64,000 bases of DNA from an uncultured Gemmatimonadales bacterium (GCA_963844035.1 CAWJMT010000035.1:96001-160000), one strand, 5' to 3'; counted from the first letter of the stretch, positions 42,465 to 54,142 are shown. The notes: generated by a model from the sequence alone, not told the origin. Made by a program: numbers and translations.

Positions 42465-44590
42465 CGCTGCGGTGTGGGGGGAGGGAGCGTGGGCGCAGCA
42501 CCGGCTGCGGCTGACCGCACCTGCGGAGCAGGGCTGACGACGGCGGGCGCCGCGGGGAGCACGCAGTGGAATGTGGCGCCGCGGTCCGCGTTGTTCTCGG
42601 CCCAGAGCCGCCCGCCGTGCGCGGCGACGATGGTTCGGGAGATCGAGAGCCCGAGGCCGAGCCCTTCCGCCTTGGTCGTCACGAACGGTTCGAACAGACG
42701 GCCGATCAGAGCGGACGGAATCCCCGTCCCACAATCGCGTAGCGAGATGTGCACCTGGCTCCGCGCGTCGGTCTCGACCTTCAGGAGCAGCGCGCGATCG
42801 GGCGCGACCGTCGCGTTCATCGCATCGCACGCATTGAAAATCAGATTGAGCAGCACCTGCTGCATCTGCACGCGGTCGCCGAGCACGGCGGGCGGATTGG
42901 GCTCAACCACGGCCGTCACGGCGACACGCCGTGCGATCAGCTCGCCGTGCGCCAGCTCGAGCACCTCGTTGACCATCTCCCGCGTATCCATCGGTTGCAA
43001 CCGCGTCTCGCCGCGGCGGAGCAGGGCGGACAGGCGATGGATCACCTGTGCGGCGCGCTCGTCGTCGCGGACGACGTCGCGCAGCATGGCGCCGACGTCG
43101 ACCAGATTGGGCGGCTGGTGTTGCAGCAGCAGGAGTGCCGCGTCGGCGTTGCTGCGGATGGACGCCAGGGGCTGACTCAGCTCGTGCGCGAGCGCGCCGG
43201 ACAGCTCGCCCAGGACGCTGACGCGGGCCAGGTGCGACAGCTCGCGTCGCTGCTGTTCAATTTCTATTTGCGCCTCCCGTCGCGCGGTCACATTGGCTCG
43301 CGTGACGACCGCACCCCCGTCCGAGCGCTCGAGCGCCTCGATGCGCAGCGCGTACACATCCCGTCCGCCTTCATGCTCGACCTCGCACTCGACGTCGAAA
43401 CGCCGCTGTTCCCGGGCGAGCACTCCCGCGATGCCCGCCCCAATGCGCGCCGCCGAGACGTCTCCAGCCGCCGCCGCGATGCGACAGGTTTGCAGAAAGT
43501 CGTCTCCCACCCGCATCGGGGGCAATCGCTTGCCGGCGGCGCTCTCCACGAATTGCCGCCATGACGCATTGACCTCGAGCACGACGCCGCGTTCGTCGAG
43601 GATGGCGACGTGATCATCCAGGGACGCAAGCAGCGCGCGATACAACTGGATCGCATTCTGACGGGCCCCTCCGATCGCCGCGATGCACAGCACCGGAAAC
43701 GTCGTCAACAACACGAAGAGCTGGAGCGCGAGCACGTCCTGGTCGCGCGACCCCACGTGAAAGGGCGCGGTGCCGCGGTCGGCGCCCCAGATCGCGGCGA
43801 TCGCGACGCCGGTCAGCGCGAGGCTCGCCCCGCCGGATCCGAAGCGCAGCGCCGCCCAGATCAGGACCGGCATCGGCAGGTAGAACGGGAGGGCGACGGC
43901 CCAGCCGAATGCGCTCGGCACGAAAAAGGCCACGACGCAGGTGGCGCCGAGCGTCGCGGTCAGCAGGAATCCCTCGAGCACGCGCCGCCCGCTCGTCCGG
44001 TTACGGGGTCCCCGCGCGAGGTTCGCGGCCACATAGAGGAACGCCGGGAGCGCCGTCAGCCCCGTCAGGGCGTTGGACATGAACCAGGCCTGCCAGGTCC
44101 CCCAGTACCGCACCGCTTCGCCGCGCAGCACCACGTTCGTGGCGCCGATCGTTGCTCCCAGCGCCGGGGCCAGCAGCGCCGCCGCCGCGACGAACAGCAG
44201 GAGCGCCCGGATGGCATCCAGGCGTGGCGTACGATCCTGAATCCAGCGCACCATTACCGCGGCGGCCAGCGCGCGGGCGGAGTTGGCCACCGTGGCCACG
44301 AGCACCCACGCGAGGGTCCAGTGGGGCCAGTGCGCGATGAAGTGGGTGACCGCACCGGCGAGGATGTACCACACCCAGTCGCGTCGCGGGGCCAGGACGA
44401 GCGCCGTGGTGAGCGCGGCGTAGGGCAGGTACAGTACGGCGGCACCAACCTCCGGGTACCGCAACAGCGGTCCGAGTCCATCGCCGAGCAGGGAGACCGG
44501 GGTGAACAGGATGAGCCCGCGCGCAAGGTGGAGGAGTCTTGCGTCGGCTTGGGGAGTCGCGGTGATTCGCCCTGCGCTCATCGCGTTCAT
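42461..44590 (-). CDS. MASE1-PAS histidine kinase
   Basis: MASE1-like TMs (WAALRFG); PAS; LAHELSQPLASIRSNA; GLGLGLSISRTI. Confidence 0.9.
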   Translation of the reverse strand: MNAMSAGRITATPQADARLLHLARGLILFTPVSLLGDGLGPLLRYPEVGAAVLYLPYAALTTALVLAPRRDWVWYILAGAVTHFIAHWPHWTLAWVLVATVANSARALAAAVMVRWIQDRTPRLDAIRALLLFVAAAALLAPALGATIGATNVVLRGEAVRYWGTWQAWFMSNALTGLTALPAFLYVAANLARGPRNRTSGRRVLEGFLLTATLGATCVVAFFVPSAFGWAVALPFYLPMPVLIWAALRFGSGGASLALTGVAIAAIWGADRGTAPFHVGSRDQDVLALQLFVLLTTFPVLCIAAIGGARQNAIQLYRALLASLDDHVAILDERGVVLEVNASWRQFVESAAGKRLPPMRVGDDFLQTCRIAAAAGDVSAARIGAGIAGVLAREQRRFDVECEVEHEGGRDVYALRIEALERSDGGAVVTRANVTARREAQIEIEQQRRELSHLARVSVLGELSGALAHELSQPLASIRSNADAALLLLQHQPPNLVDVGAMLRDVVRDDERAAQVIHRLSALLRRGETRLQPMDTREMVNEVLELAHGELIARRVAVTAVVEPNPPAVLGDRVQMQQVLLNLIFNACDAMNATVAPDRALLLKVETDARSQVHISLRDCGTGIPSALIGRLFEPFVTTKAEGLGLGLSISRTIVAAHGGRLWAENNADRGATFHCVLPAAPAVVSPAPQVRSAAAGAAPTLPPPTPQR

Positions 44591-44596
44591 TGCTCG

Positions 44597-44616
44597 ACTG
44601 TGGAATCGGTCCAATA
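44597..44616. promoter_or_regulatory. Half-site copy of the regulon box next to the kinase start
   Basis: ACTGTGGAATCGGTCCAATA, with a perfect GGTCCAATA half. Confidence 0.45.
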
Positions 44617-44684
44617 ATACGCGCCGCCAAGCGCACCGGCCATCGCGGAACCGCTGCGGTCCCGGCGCCACACATGCGGCGCGG

Positions 44685-44704
44685 CATTGGTCCTAGGTCC
44701 AATG
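44685..44704 (+). promoter_or_regulatory. 20-bp regulon box (near-perfect palindrome)
   Basis: CATTGGTCCTAGGTCCAATG; GATCCT 21 nt downstream, GTG 7 nt later. Confidence 0.8.
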
Positions 44705-44738
44705 GCTCGTGCCCTGCGGCCCCGCGATCCTTCCGCGG

Positions 44739-46425
44739 GTGACCGAGCCAAGGGTGGGGAAACGCCGGCTGGTGCGCTGGCCTCTGATCGCAGGGTGCGT
44801 CCTGCTGATTGGCGGGACGGCCGTCTATTTCAACTGGTGGGATCGGTACGTCGAGACCGGTTTGGGGCAGTGGGCGGTTGCCGAAATCGCGGAGCGGAGC
44901 GGCGGCGTGTATAGCCTCCAGCTGGGCGATCTGGACTTTCGGCCCGTGGCCGGCTCGATGTCGTTCGACTCGGCGATCATCGTTACCGATACGGTGCTGG
45001 ACCGGGCCCAGGGCGCTCCTCTTCCGGTGTTGAGCGTGCGCGCGGTCGGCTGCCGGATCTCGAGGGTCAACGTGCTGAGCCTGATGGTGGGGAATCGGTT
45101 CAGCGCCCGGGCCATGGGGTGCGAAAGCGTGCTTACCGCGATCGACCTCGTCGCACCCCGGTCGGGTGTCGCTGCGTCGCTCCCCTCCCCCTCCGGCCGC
45201 GCGCGATTCGGTGGATTCGGGTCCGCGCACAGTGATGCCTCCGCCGCTTGGAATCGAGAAGTTTCAGATTGCGAATCTCGCGTTTGAGAACCTCCAGTTC
45301 TCGCTGCGCCGCATGAAACTCAAGGGCGCGGCGTCCTTCGAGATCGCACACGCGCGCCTGGTGGGGCAGCAGATCCAACTCGATGTGACGGCCGTGCCGG
45401 GCAGTCAGGAGGCGTTCTCTTCCGTCGGGCTGCGGCTCGAGGCCCGCGACCTGCTGTTCAAGCCTGATTCGCTCACGGCGCTGTCCCTGGAGGGCATTGA
45501 CATCGGCCTCACCGATTCGACCCTGAGCGTCAGTCGCCTGAAGCTCGCCCCGACGGTGACCGACGAGGAGTGGCGGCGGCACCAGAAGGTGCGCCATGAC
45601 CGCATCCGCTTCTCGCTCGACACCCTGGCCGCCGTGGGGGTGGCGTATCGCCGGCTGGTTCGCACCGGCGAGGTCCACATGCGACGCTTGATGCTGCGCG
45701 GCGCCCAGTTGGACGTACTGTCCGATAAGCGATTACGTGCGGGGCCGAAGAAGCGCCACGCGAGCCCGCAGGCGAACGCACAACAGGTCGATCCGGTGGT
45801 TCGCATCGACACCATCGTGGTGGACTCGAGCCAGGTCAGTTACCAGGAGCGCAAGCCGGACCGGGACCGGCCGGGCCGCCTCGACTTCGCGTCGCTGGCG
45901 GTCCGCATCAACGACTTTCACCTTCCGTCGAGCGGGGCACCACTGACAATCGACGTGAGCGCCCGTTTGATGGGGGAGGGCGCTCTGTCGGTCCGTGCGA
46001 CGGTCCCGCTCGACGCGCCCGACTTCCGCTTCGCGCTCACCGGACGGCTCGGGGCCATGCCGATCGGCGCCCTGAACCGCTATCTCGCCGAAACCCAACC
46101 GGTCGAGATCAAGGACGGCCAGATCGACAGCGTCATCTTCGTCATGAACACGACCAAGGGCACCAACGCGACGACGCTCACGCCGTACTTTCGCGATTTG
46201 GGGCTCGACATTACGAACCCCAAGGGCGGCGTGGGGGGATTCGTCAAGGCGGGCTTGATCGAGTTCGGGGCCAACGCGTTCAAGGTGCGGTCGCGCAACC
46301 CGGACTCGCCGAAGGACCGCCCGCGCACCGCCAAGATCACCCGGCGTTACGAACCCTCGCAGTCGTGGATCAGTTTCCTGTGGCTCAGTCTCCGGGATGG
46401 GCTGCTCAAGGTCGTCGTGAAGTAG
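44739..46425 (+). CDS. Membrane-anchored beta-rich protein, AsmA/DUF748-like (indel near 45170)
   Basis: N-terminal TM followed by a long amphipathic beta pattern. Confidence 0.6.
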
Positions 46426-46453
46426 AGGACGCGCGAGCCGATGCATGACGCAG

Positions 46454-46473
46454 CATTGGCCCAAGGTCCAATG
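46454..46473 (+). promoter_or_regulatory. 20-bp regulon box
   Basis: CATTGGCCCAAGGTCCAATG; GACCGT 21 nt downstream. Confidence 0.8.
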
Positions 46474-46553
46474 GCTCACGCCGTTCCCCGCCGCGACCGT
46501 TCCCCGCCGGTGATCGACCCGACCGACGTGCAGTGGTACCCCAAGGGGGATCT

Positions 46554-48041
46554 ATGACCGGTGCGCCGCGGTACGCGCTCCTGATGTTGTTGGCCTGTCC
46601 GTGCGTTGTGGCGGCCCAGAAGTCGCGCTGCGACTTCAGCAACGTGCCCGGCGTGGTCTGGTGGGGCACGGAGAAGCAGATGCCCGTGGCGCGCCTCGCT
46701 GCCTACATGGCACCGGTCCTCTGGTTTTCGTCCGACGAGCCGTCACTCAACCGCACGAGCGGTCGGGACATTCGCGTACCTCAGTCGTTCCCTGGCGAGC
46801 CCGCACCCGACCGGCCGGTACTCTATTACCAAGTGGACCGCGTGCGCACGCGGCCCGATTCGAAAGCCCCGGCCGTCGTGCGCAGTCCCGCGGGGCCGGC
46901 GCAGGCGGTCATCGACCTGCAAAACGCTTCGGTCGCCGTGGTTTCGTACTTTGCGTACTACCCCACCGAGGAAGGGCTTGGGGCTCACGCGCACGACATC
47001 GAGCCCGTCGAGTTCCGCGCCGTGATCGCCCGCCACACGTGGGAAGGGTTCTCCAGGTGGATTCCCGGCGGCGCCCAATGCGCGGCCCCGACGTTCGTGA
47101 TCGGAGTCACGCGCGTCACCGGCAAAGCGCACGGACTGGTGTGGTTTTGGAACGTCGTGCAGGTCGACCCCGACACGCGCTTCCCCATGCACCTCCTCAT
47201 CGAAGAAGGCAAGCACGCGATCGCCACCGACAAGAACGGCGACGGCGTGTTCACGAAGAGCTATGACGTGAACGTCCGGGTCAACGACGCCTGGGGCGTG
47301 CGGGACATCATCCGCTCGGGGATGCTGTTCTCGGGCGGGTACGAGGGCTGGATGCAGAAGACGCGGCGCCCGGACTACCGGATCATGCCGCCCCTTCCGG
47401 ACGACAGCCCGTTGATCCCGGAGTTGAAGCGCCGTGGCACCGCGCAGAACGTGGTGTACGAGCTGCGGCCGTATCCTCCGGCCGGCAGCGCCGGCGACGA
47501 TCACCAGTTGGCGCACCTGATGGACAACAAGGCCATCCCGAACTGGCCGGTGGAAACGGCGGTGAAGAACGTCGCCAAGTCGCTCGACGAGGGCGCGGTG
47601 CTCAAGTCGCTCTCCATCGCGGCTCGGGCCGACGGCGACTTCGGCGTGTCGTGGTCGTTTCCGTTCTTCATCGTCAAGCACCTCGAGGACCCGATGACCG
47701 GGGGCTACATCCTCCAGCGCATGTACGCGACGGGCGGTAACCACCACACATTCGGCTGGACGGCGCTCTACACCCCCTCGGCGTCACGCTGGCTCGACAC
47801 CTACCTCGCGGCCGGCGGCGAGCGCGCCTACTACCTCGACGCGACGGGCGCCAACGTCCCCAGCTGGGACTTCGTGTTCGAGACGGGGCTCAAGTTCCGC
47901 GTCAACATCAACGAGACCCCACTGAAGAAGCTCTCGTTCTTCACCGACTATTGGGGCATTCGGCTGGGCCTCCGCAACCGCGGCTTCTTCGACGTCGAGC
48001 ACCTGACGTACGTGCTCGAGGTCGGCGCGGGCTCGTTCTAG
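46554..48041 (+). CDS. Secreted hypothetical protein with a C-terminal barrel-like region
   Basis: AGGGGG RBS; signal peptide; intact ORF of about 495 aa ending LEVGAGSF. Confidence 0.8.
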   Translation: MTGAPRYALLMLLACPCVVAAQKSRCDFSNVPGVVWWGTEKQMPVARLAAYMAPVLWFSSDEPSLNRTSGRDIRVPQSFPGEPAPDRPVLYYQVDRVRTRPDSKAPAVVRSPAGPAQAVIDLQNASVAVVSYFAYYPTEEGLGAHAHDIEPVEFRAVIARHTWEGFSRWIPGGAQCAAPTFVIGVTRVTGKAHGLVWFWNVVQVDPDTRFPMHLLIEEGKHAIATDKNGDGVFTKSYDVNVRVNDAWGVRDIIRSGMLFSGGYEGWMQKTRRPDYRIMPPLPDDSPLIPELKRRGTAQNVVYELRPYPPAGSAGDDHQLAHLMDNKAIPNWPVETAVKNVAKSLDEGAVLKSLSIAARADGDFGVSWSFPFFIVKHLEDPMTGGYILQRMYATGGNHHTFGWTALYTPSASRWLDTYLAAGGERAYYLDATGANVPSWDFVFETGLKFRVNINETPLKKLSFFTDYWGIRLGLRNRGFFDVEHLTYVLEVGAGSF

Positions 48042-48057
48042 CGCGCCCTCATGGTCG

Positions 48058-49119
48058 ATGAGCGGGCGTGAGCCACGGTTTCCTGCGCGGTGCGACCGTG
48101 TGGCTGGCGCTCGTCGCGTCATCGGCCGCCGGGCTCTCGCGGCCCAGAAGACCGACCTCGTCGTGCTCCTGAACGGCGACCGGATCACCGGTGACATCAA
48201 GCAGCTGTCGCGCGGGAAGCTCGAGTACCTGACCGACAACGTCGGCCGCATCTACATCGAGTGGCACACCATCGCGCGCGTGACGAGTCCGCACTACTTC
48301 GAGGTCGAGCTCTCGTCGGGGCGCAAGTACTACGGGCGCCTGCTGGCGCCGCCCGAGGACGGGCAAATGATCGTCACCGTGGATCGCGACGATACGCTCA
48401 AGCTGCGCGACGTGGTCGCCATCGTGCCGATCAGCAACCGCATCGTCGATCGACTCAAAGCGTACCTCGACGTGGGGTTCACCCTCGCCAAGGCCAACGA
48501 GGCCAGGACGTTGAGCGTGAGCGGGGAGGTGGCCTACCGCGGGCCGAAGGTCGGGACCAGCGCCTCCTTCGACGTGTACTCCCAGGCCCAGGAGGACGTG
48601 CCCTCCACCACGCGCAGCTCACTTCAGCTCGACGGCGAGCGCTATGTCGCGAACCGCTGGAAGTACCTCACCCTGACCACGTTCGAGCAGAACGACGAGC
48701 TCTCGCTCGATCTTCGTGTCACCCTGGGTGGTGGCGTCGGGCGGGCGTTCATCCAGAACAACAAGCACGAGCTGGGGCTCGAGGCCACGGTGGTGGGCAC
48801 CCGGGAGGAGTTTTCCGACTCGGCCGGCGGGTCGACCCCTGAGTGGAACCTCGAGGGTCGGTTCGCGGCCACGTGGAACGCGTTCCGCTACGACTTTCCC
48901 AAGCTCGACCTGTCCACCGAGCTGACGGTATTTCCCAGCTTCACGACCCTGGGCCGGGTCCGCATGGACACGAGCGCACGGCTGCGCTACGAGCTGTTCA
49001 AGGACTTCACGGTCGGCATCGATTTCACCGACTCGTTCGACAACCAACCGCCGGAAGAGACCGCCTCGACCAACGACTTCGTCACCACCTTCACGATCGG
49101 GTGGCAGTACCGCCGCTAG
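48058..49119 (+). CDS. DUF481-like outer membrane beta-barrel
   Basis: DLVVLLNGDRITGDIK N-domain; barrel strands ending TFTIGWQY; N-terminal start uncertain. Confidence 0.78.
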   Translation: MSGREPRFPARCDRVAGARRVIGRRALAAQKTDLVVLLNGDRITGDIKQLSRGKLEYLTDNVGRIYIEWHTIARVTSPHYFEVELSSGRKYYGRLLAPPEDGQMIVTVDRDDTLKLRDVVAIVPISNRIVDRLKAYLDVGFTLAKANEARTLSVSGEVAYRGPKVGTSASFDVYSQAQEDVPSTTRSSLQLDGERYVANRWKYLTLTTFEQNDELSLDLRVTLGGGVGRAFIQNNKHELGLEATVVGTREEFSDSAGGSTPEWNLEGRFAATWNAFRYDFPKLDLSTELTVFPSFTTLGRVRMDTSARLRYELFKDFTVGIDFTDSFDNQPPEETASTNDFVTTFTIGWQYRR

Positions 49120-49126
49120 GAGTCCA

Positions 49127-49146
49127 CGTTGCCCTTAGGTGCAATG
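49127..49146 (+). promoter_or_regulatory. 20-bp regulon box
   Basis: CGTTGCCCTTAGGTGCAATG; GAGACT 21 nt downstream. Confidence 0.78.
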
Positions 49147-49201
49147 GCCCATCGGCGGGCTGGACGGGAGACTTGATCAGCTTACCCTATCGGAGGTTGC
49201 C

Positions 49202-49786
49202 ATGAAAATCGTCCTGATGATTTCGTTCGGACTCGTGCTGGCCGCCGCCGTCCCGGCGGTGGCGCAAGAGGCGGCGGCGGCGCCCGCCGCTGCGGCCCCC
49301 GCATGCCCCGCAGGCATGAAGTGTGAGGCCACGCCGATGCCGTCGTCCACGCTCGGGCTGTTCCCATTCCCTGCGAAGGGGCAAACGCCGGAACAGCAGC
49401 GTACCGATGAGGACGCGTGCTATGCGTGGGCCAAGAGCCAGACCGGCATCGATCCCGTTCTCGCGAAGGCCAACCCCGACTCGGCCGCGGCCGCGGCAGC
49501 GGCGCAGATGCAGGCGGCAGCGACGGGTGCGGCTGTGGCCGGCGCAGCGAAGGGCGCGGCGGCCGGCGCTTTGATTTCGGCTGCGGGTGGGGGGGATGCG
49601 GGGCACGGTGCGGGGGCGGGCGCGGCGGCGGGCGCAATCGCTGGGCGCAGGGCCAAGAAGCAGGCCGTGGCGCAGGCGGCCGCGCAAGGCGCGGCGGCAA
49701 ACCAGGCGAAAGTCGATGAGCTGATAGCGACGTTCAAGAAAGCGTTCACCCCCTGTATGACGGGGAAGGGATACACGATCGGCTGA
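49202..49786 (+). CDS. Secreted glycine-zipper protein
   Basis: GGAGG RBS; FPAKGQTPEQQRTDEDACYAWAKSQTG; GAAxGA zipper; CMTGKGYTI. Confidence 0.82.
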   Translation: MKIVLMISFGLVLAAAVPAVAQEAAAAPAAAAPACPAGMKCEATPMPSSTLGLFPFPAKGQTPEQQRTDEDACYAWAKSQTGIDPVLAKANPDSAAAAAAAQMQAAATGAAVAGAAKGAAAGALISAAGGGDAGHGAGAGAAAGAIAGRRAKKQAVAQAAAQGAAANQAKVDELIATFKKAFTPCMTGKGYTIG

Positions 49787-49865
49787 CGTAGCACAGTGCA
49801 GTTGTTCGTGACGGCGCCACGGTCGGCGCCGTTTCACTTCGTTTGACGCTGAAGGAGGCGGGAGC

Positions 49866-50474
49866 ATGAGGCGGTTCATCCCACTGTTGATGTTGGCCGG
49901 CGTCGCGATCGCGGCGTGCGGCGGCAAGAAACCCGAAACGACCGCGGCGCCGCAACCGAACGCCGACTCGCTCGCCGCCGTGCAGCGCGCGCACGACGAT
50001 TCGGTGCGCGCGGCCGCAGGCGGCCGCAGCGGCGCTGGCGGAGCAGGAGCGGCTCGCGCAACAACGGCGCGCCGACTCGCTCGCGGCGCTCGGCCGTTCG
50101 AGCGACGAGCTGAAGCAGGCGCTCGCCGAGGCGATCCACTTCGACTTCGACAAGTCGGTGGTGCGCCGCGATGACGCGCCGACCCTCGACCGCAAGATCC
50201 CGGTGCTGCTGGCCAATCCGGACGCGCACAATCCAGATCGCCGGGAACTGCGACGAGCGCGGCTCGGACGAGTACAATCTCGCCCTCGGCAATCGCCGGG
50301 CGTCGGCGGCGAAGCAGTACCTCGTCGCGCACGGCGTCGAGGCCGACCGCATCGCGACCAAATCGAACGGGGAAGAACGGCCCGTCGATCCCGGGCCACA
50401 CCGAGGCGGCGTGGGCCATCAACCGCAACGCCCAATTCATGGTCACGAGCGACACGGACTTGCGGCAGCCGTAG
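49866..50474 (+). CDS. Pal/OmpA-family peptidoglycan-associated lipoprotein (several indels)
   Basis: IAACGG lipobox; [35 protein letters not shown]. Confidence 0.8.
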
Positions 50475-51560
50475 GTGACTCAGAACAACGCGGTCGGCCG
50501 TGACCTGACCCGCAGCCTGCTCAGCGTGCTGACGACACTGCTGTTGATCGTGTCGTGTCTCTGGGTGCTGCGGCCCTTCGCCGGGGGGTTCGTCTGGGCG
50601 ACGATGATCGTCGTGACCACCTGGCCCGTGCTGCTGCGGGTGCAGCGCGGGCTCGGTGGGCGGCGTTGGGCCGCGGTGACGGTGATGACACTGGCCCTGC
50701 TGGCGGTGTTCGTGGTCCCGCTGCTGGTGGCGGTGGGGACGTTTGTCGCCAACCTCGACCGGATGTCGGCGTGGGTGCAGTCGATGATCGCCGCCGGCAT
50801 ACCGGGGCCGCCATCGTGGACGGCACGGGTGCCGCTGGTGGGGGCGAAGATCGCCGTCGTGGTGGGGGGAGCTGGCCGCGACGTCACCGGAGGACCTGCG
50901 GGCAGCGTCTCGCCCCGCATAGCGCGGCGATCGTGCGCTGGCTCGGCTCGACCGTCGGCAGCCGTCGGTGGGACGCTGGTCCAGCTGCTCCTCATGGTCG
51001 TGCTGTCGGCGGTGCTCTACTCCACCGGCGAGACGGCGGGCTCCGGGGCTATCCGGCTGGCGCGCCGGTTGGGCGGCGAGTCCGGTGAAGGCGCCGTGCG
51101 CCTGGCGGGCCAGGCGGTGCGCGCGGTCGCGCTCGGCGTCGTGGGCACGGCCATCATTCAGGCAACGCTCGCCGGGATCGGTCTCGGCGTGGCGGGTGTG
51201 CCGTTCGCGGGCGCGCTCACCGCCGTCATTTTCGTCACATGCATCGCGCAGCTCGGGCCGCTCCCGATACTCGTCCCGTGCGTGGTGTGGATGTACTGGT
51301 CGGGGAACACCGGGTGGGGGACCGCGCTGCTGGTCTGGTCGATGTTCGTCGGCACGATCGACAATGTCATCCGGCCCCTCCTCATCAAGCGGGGCGCCGA
51401 CCTGTCGCTGTTGCTGATCTTTGGCGGTGTGATCGGCGGGTCTGATCGCGTTCGGCGTCGTCGGGCTGTTCGTGGGCCCGGTGCTGCTGGCGGTGACCTA
51501 CACGCTCGGCTCCGCGTGGGTCCGGTCGGGAGAAGCACAAGCGTTGATCTAGTCCAGTAA
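50475..51560 (+). CDS. AI-2E family transporter, YdiK-like (indels)
   Basis: LRPF...[41 protein letters not shown]. Confidence 0.85.
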   Translation: MTQNNAVGRDLTRSLLSVLTTLLLIVSCLWVLRPFAGGFVWATMIVVTTWPVLLRVQRGLGGRRWAAVTVMTLALLAVFVVPLLVAVGTFVANLDRMSAWVQSMIAAGIPGPPSWTARVPLVGAKIAVVVGGAGRDVTGGPAGSVSPRIARRSCAGSARPSAAVGGTLVQLLLMVVLSAVLYSTGETAGSGAIRLARRLGGESGEGAVRLAGQAVRAVALGVVGTAIIQATLAGIGLGVAGVPFAGALTAVIFVTCIAQLGPLPILVPCVVWMYWSGNTGWGTALLVWSMFVGTIDNVIRPLLIKRGADLSLLLIFGGVIGGSDRVRRRRAVRGPGAAGGDLHARLRVGPVGRSTSVDLVQ

Positions 51561-51640
51561 GCCTGCCGCATCCTGCACGTCGGCGACCGCCGGCCCACTG
51601 GGGTTGGCCGGTCCCCGCGTGGCGTGTAGCTTCCTCCTGC

Positions 51641-54142
51641 TTGACACTCACACCGTTCCCGCGCCCGAGCCGTCCGTCCGCAGATAGCTGCATCCACAAT
51701 GGAGATCCTGATCTGAGCGCCGGCCCCTCTTTGGAGACGGCCCAAGGCGTTGGCTACCCTGGCCGGCGGGCTGGTCATGCTCCTCGGAGCGGTGGTGCTG
51801 CTCGGCTGGGTGCTGGACGTTGCCGTCCTCGAAGAGCGTCGTGCCGCGATGGCCGACCATGTCGCCGCTCACCGCGTTCGCACTCGTGTTGTCCGCAGCG
51901 GCATTGTGGGGTGTCGCCGCCGCAATCCCGGACGGGGGGTCCCGACCCTCCAGACGCTTGGCTGTGGCAAGGCGTCGCGGGTACCGTGGCGGTGATCGCG
52001 TTGCTCAGGCTGAGCGACTACTTGATGGGCTGGAATCTCGGGCTCGACCGGCTCGGATTTCAGGAGCCGGGCGGCGCGGCCGGAGTGCTTTCCCCAACAC
52101 GCATGGCTCCGATGACGGCGCTCGGCTTGTTTTTCGTCGCATGTGCATTGTGCTTGACGACGAGCCCGCGTTTCAGCGCCGTGTTCCAGGTCCTCGCACT
52201 GCTGGCTGGTTTGGTTGGATGGCTGGGATTCAGCCGTTATCTGTATGGCGGTGAATCACTGCTTCCGTACCAGCGGATGGCGGCTCACACGGCAGCGGCG
52301 TTGCTCATTCTGAGCGTTGGGACTCTTTGCACGCGGACCGACGCCGGCTTGATGGCGTTGCTGACGCAGCGACTCCGGCGGAGGCGTGTTGGCCCGGCGG
52401 CTCGTGCCGGCGGTGCTGGTGGTCCCGACGCTGTTGGGCTGGCTGCAGCTCGAGGGATACAGGGCCGGCTGGTTCGGTGTCGAGGGTGGCGCTGCGCTGC
52501 TCACATTGGCCGACGTCCTCATCCTCGGCACCCTCATCTGGGGCAGCGCCAGACTGGTGCACGCGGCCCACCTCAGGGATGTCGCAACGGCACGCGCGCT
52601 GAACGAAAGCGAGACGCGCTTTCGCACCATGGCCGACGCGGCGCCGGTGATGATCTGGATGGCGGGCACCGACAAGCGCTGCACGTTCTTCAACAAGCGC
52701 TGGCTCGAGTTCACCGGCCGCAGCATGCCGCAGGAACTCGGCAACGGGTGGGCGACTGGGGTCCATCCGGACGGATCTCGGCCCGTGCCTCCAGACGTAC
52801 GGCGATGCGTTCGATGCGCGCCGGGACTTCACGATGGAGTACCGCCTGCGCCGGCACGACGGCGAGTATTGCTCGATCCTCGACATCGGCGTGCCCCGCT
52901 TCGACTCGGGCGGCGCGTTCGCCGGCTATGTCGGTTCGGTCGTTGATGTGACGGAGCTCAAGCGCGCACAGCAGCGCATGGAGCTCGTGGTGGAGGCCGC
53001 CCCCAATGCCATGGTGATGGTGAATCACGAGGGACGCATTGTGCTGCTCAACCATCAGACGGAGAGGGTGTTCGGCTACACGCGCGCAGAGCTGCTCGGC
53101 CGCTCAATCGACGTCCTGGTTCCCGACCTGCTTCGCTCCGCTCCATGTCGGCCTATCGTCAGGACTACCTCGTGGCGCCCTCCGCGCGGCCGATGGGTGC
53201 GGGCCGCGATGTCCACGGCCGGCGCAAGGACGGCAGTGACCGTTCCGATCGAGGTCGGCCTGAGCCCCATCGCGACCTCCGAGGGCACCGCCGTACTGGC
53301 CTCGATCATCGACATCACCATGCGTCGGGAAATGGAGACGCAGACGGCGCAGCATCGCGACCAGCTCGCGCATCTGTCGCGCGTGGCGATGCTGGGCGAA
53401 ATGTCCGGCTCCATCGCTCACGAGCTGAACCAGCCCCTGGCGGCGATCCTCAGCAACGCGCAGGCCGCCCTGCGATTCCTCGCCGGGGAGGCCCCGGACT
53501 TGGTCGAAGTCCGAAACATTCTGAAGGACATTGTCGAGGATGACGTGCGCGCTGGAGCAGTGATCAAGGGCCTGCGGGCGTTGCTCACGCGCGCGGAGGT
53601 GCAGTTCCGACCGGGTCGACGTGAACGAAGTCACGCTCGATGCGCTCAGGCTGATGCGACACGATCTGCAAATCCGCGGCGTCGAGGTGATCAGCGATCT
53701 TGCGGCCGACCTGCCACCGGTGGAGGGCGACCGTATCCAGCTTCAGCAGGTCCTGATCAATCTCGTGATGAACGGTTGCGAGGCGATGGATGGCACCCCG
53801 ACGGGCCGTTGCATCACCGTGCGAACCACGGCCGGGGTTGGCGGAGGAATTGAAGTGTCGGTCGCGGACCGGGGTACGGGAATCGCGCCCAAGGATCTGG
53901 AGCGGATCTTCGATCCGTTCGTGAGCAGCAAGGCCGAGGGCATGGGGTTGGGGCTGGCCGTGTGTCGCACGATCATCGGGGCGCATCATGGCCGGTTGTG
54001 GGCCACGAACAACCCCGACCGCGGCGCCACCATGCACGTTGCGTTGCCTGCCGCCGGCCCCGCTGACCGGTGGGGGAGCGGCGTGAATTGCCCTAAGGTG
54101 CAATGGCTCCAGGCCCTTGCACGCTCGAACGTTACCACGTGA
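51641..54142 (+). CDS. Multi-TM, two-PAS histidine kinase (many indels)
   Basis: TM region; RFRTMADAAPVMIW (PAS); VEAAPNAMV (PAS); IAHELNQPLAAILSNA; GMGLGLAVCRTI. Confidence 0.85.
54086..54105 (+). promoter_or_regulatory. 20-bp regulon box
   Basis: AATTGCCCTAAGGTGCAATG; GAACGT 21 nt downstream, GTG 6 nt later. Confidence 0.8.

Noticed and set aside
49784..49803. Possible regulon box before the Pal-like gene (…GCACAGTGCAGTT)
   Set aside because: Too degenerate, and there is no -10-like hexamer at the expected distance.
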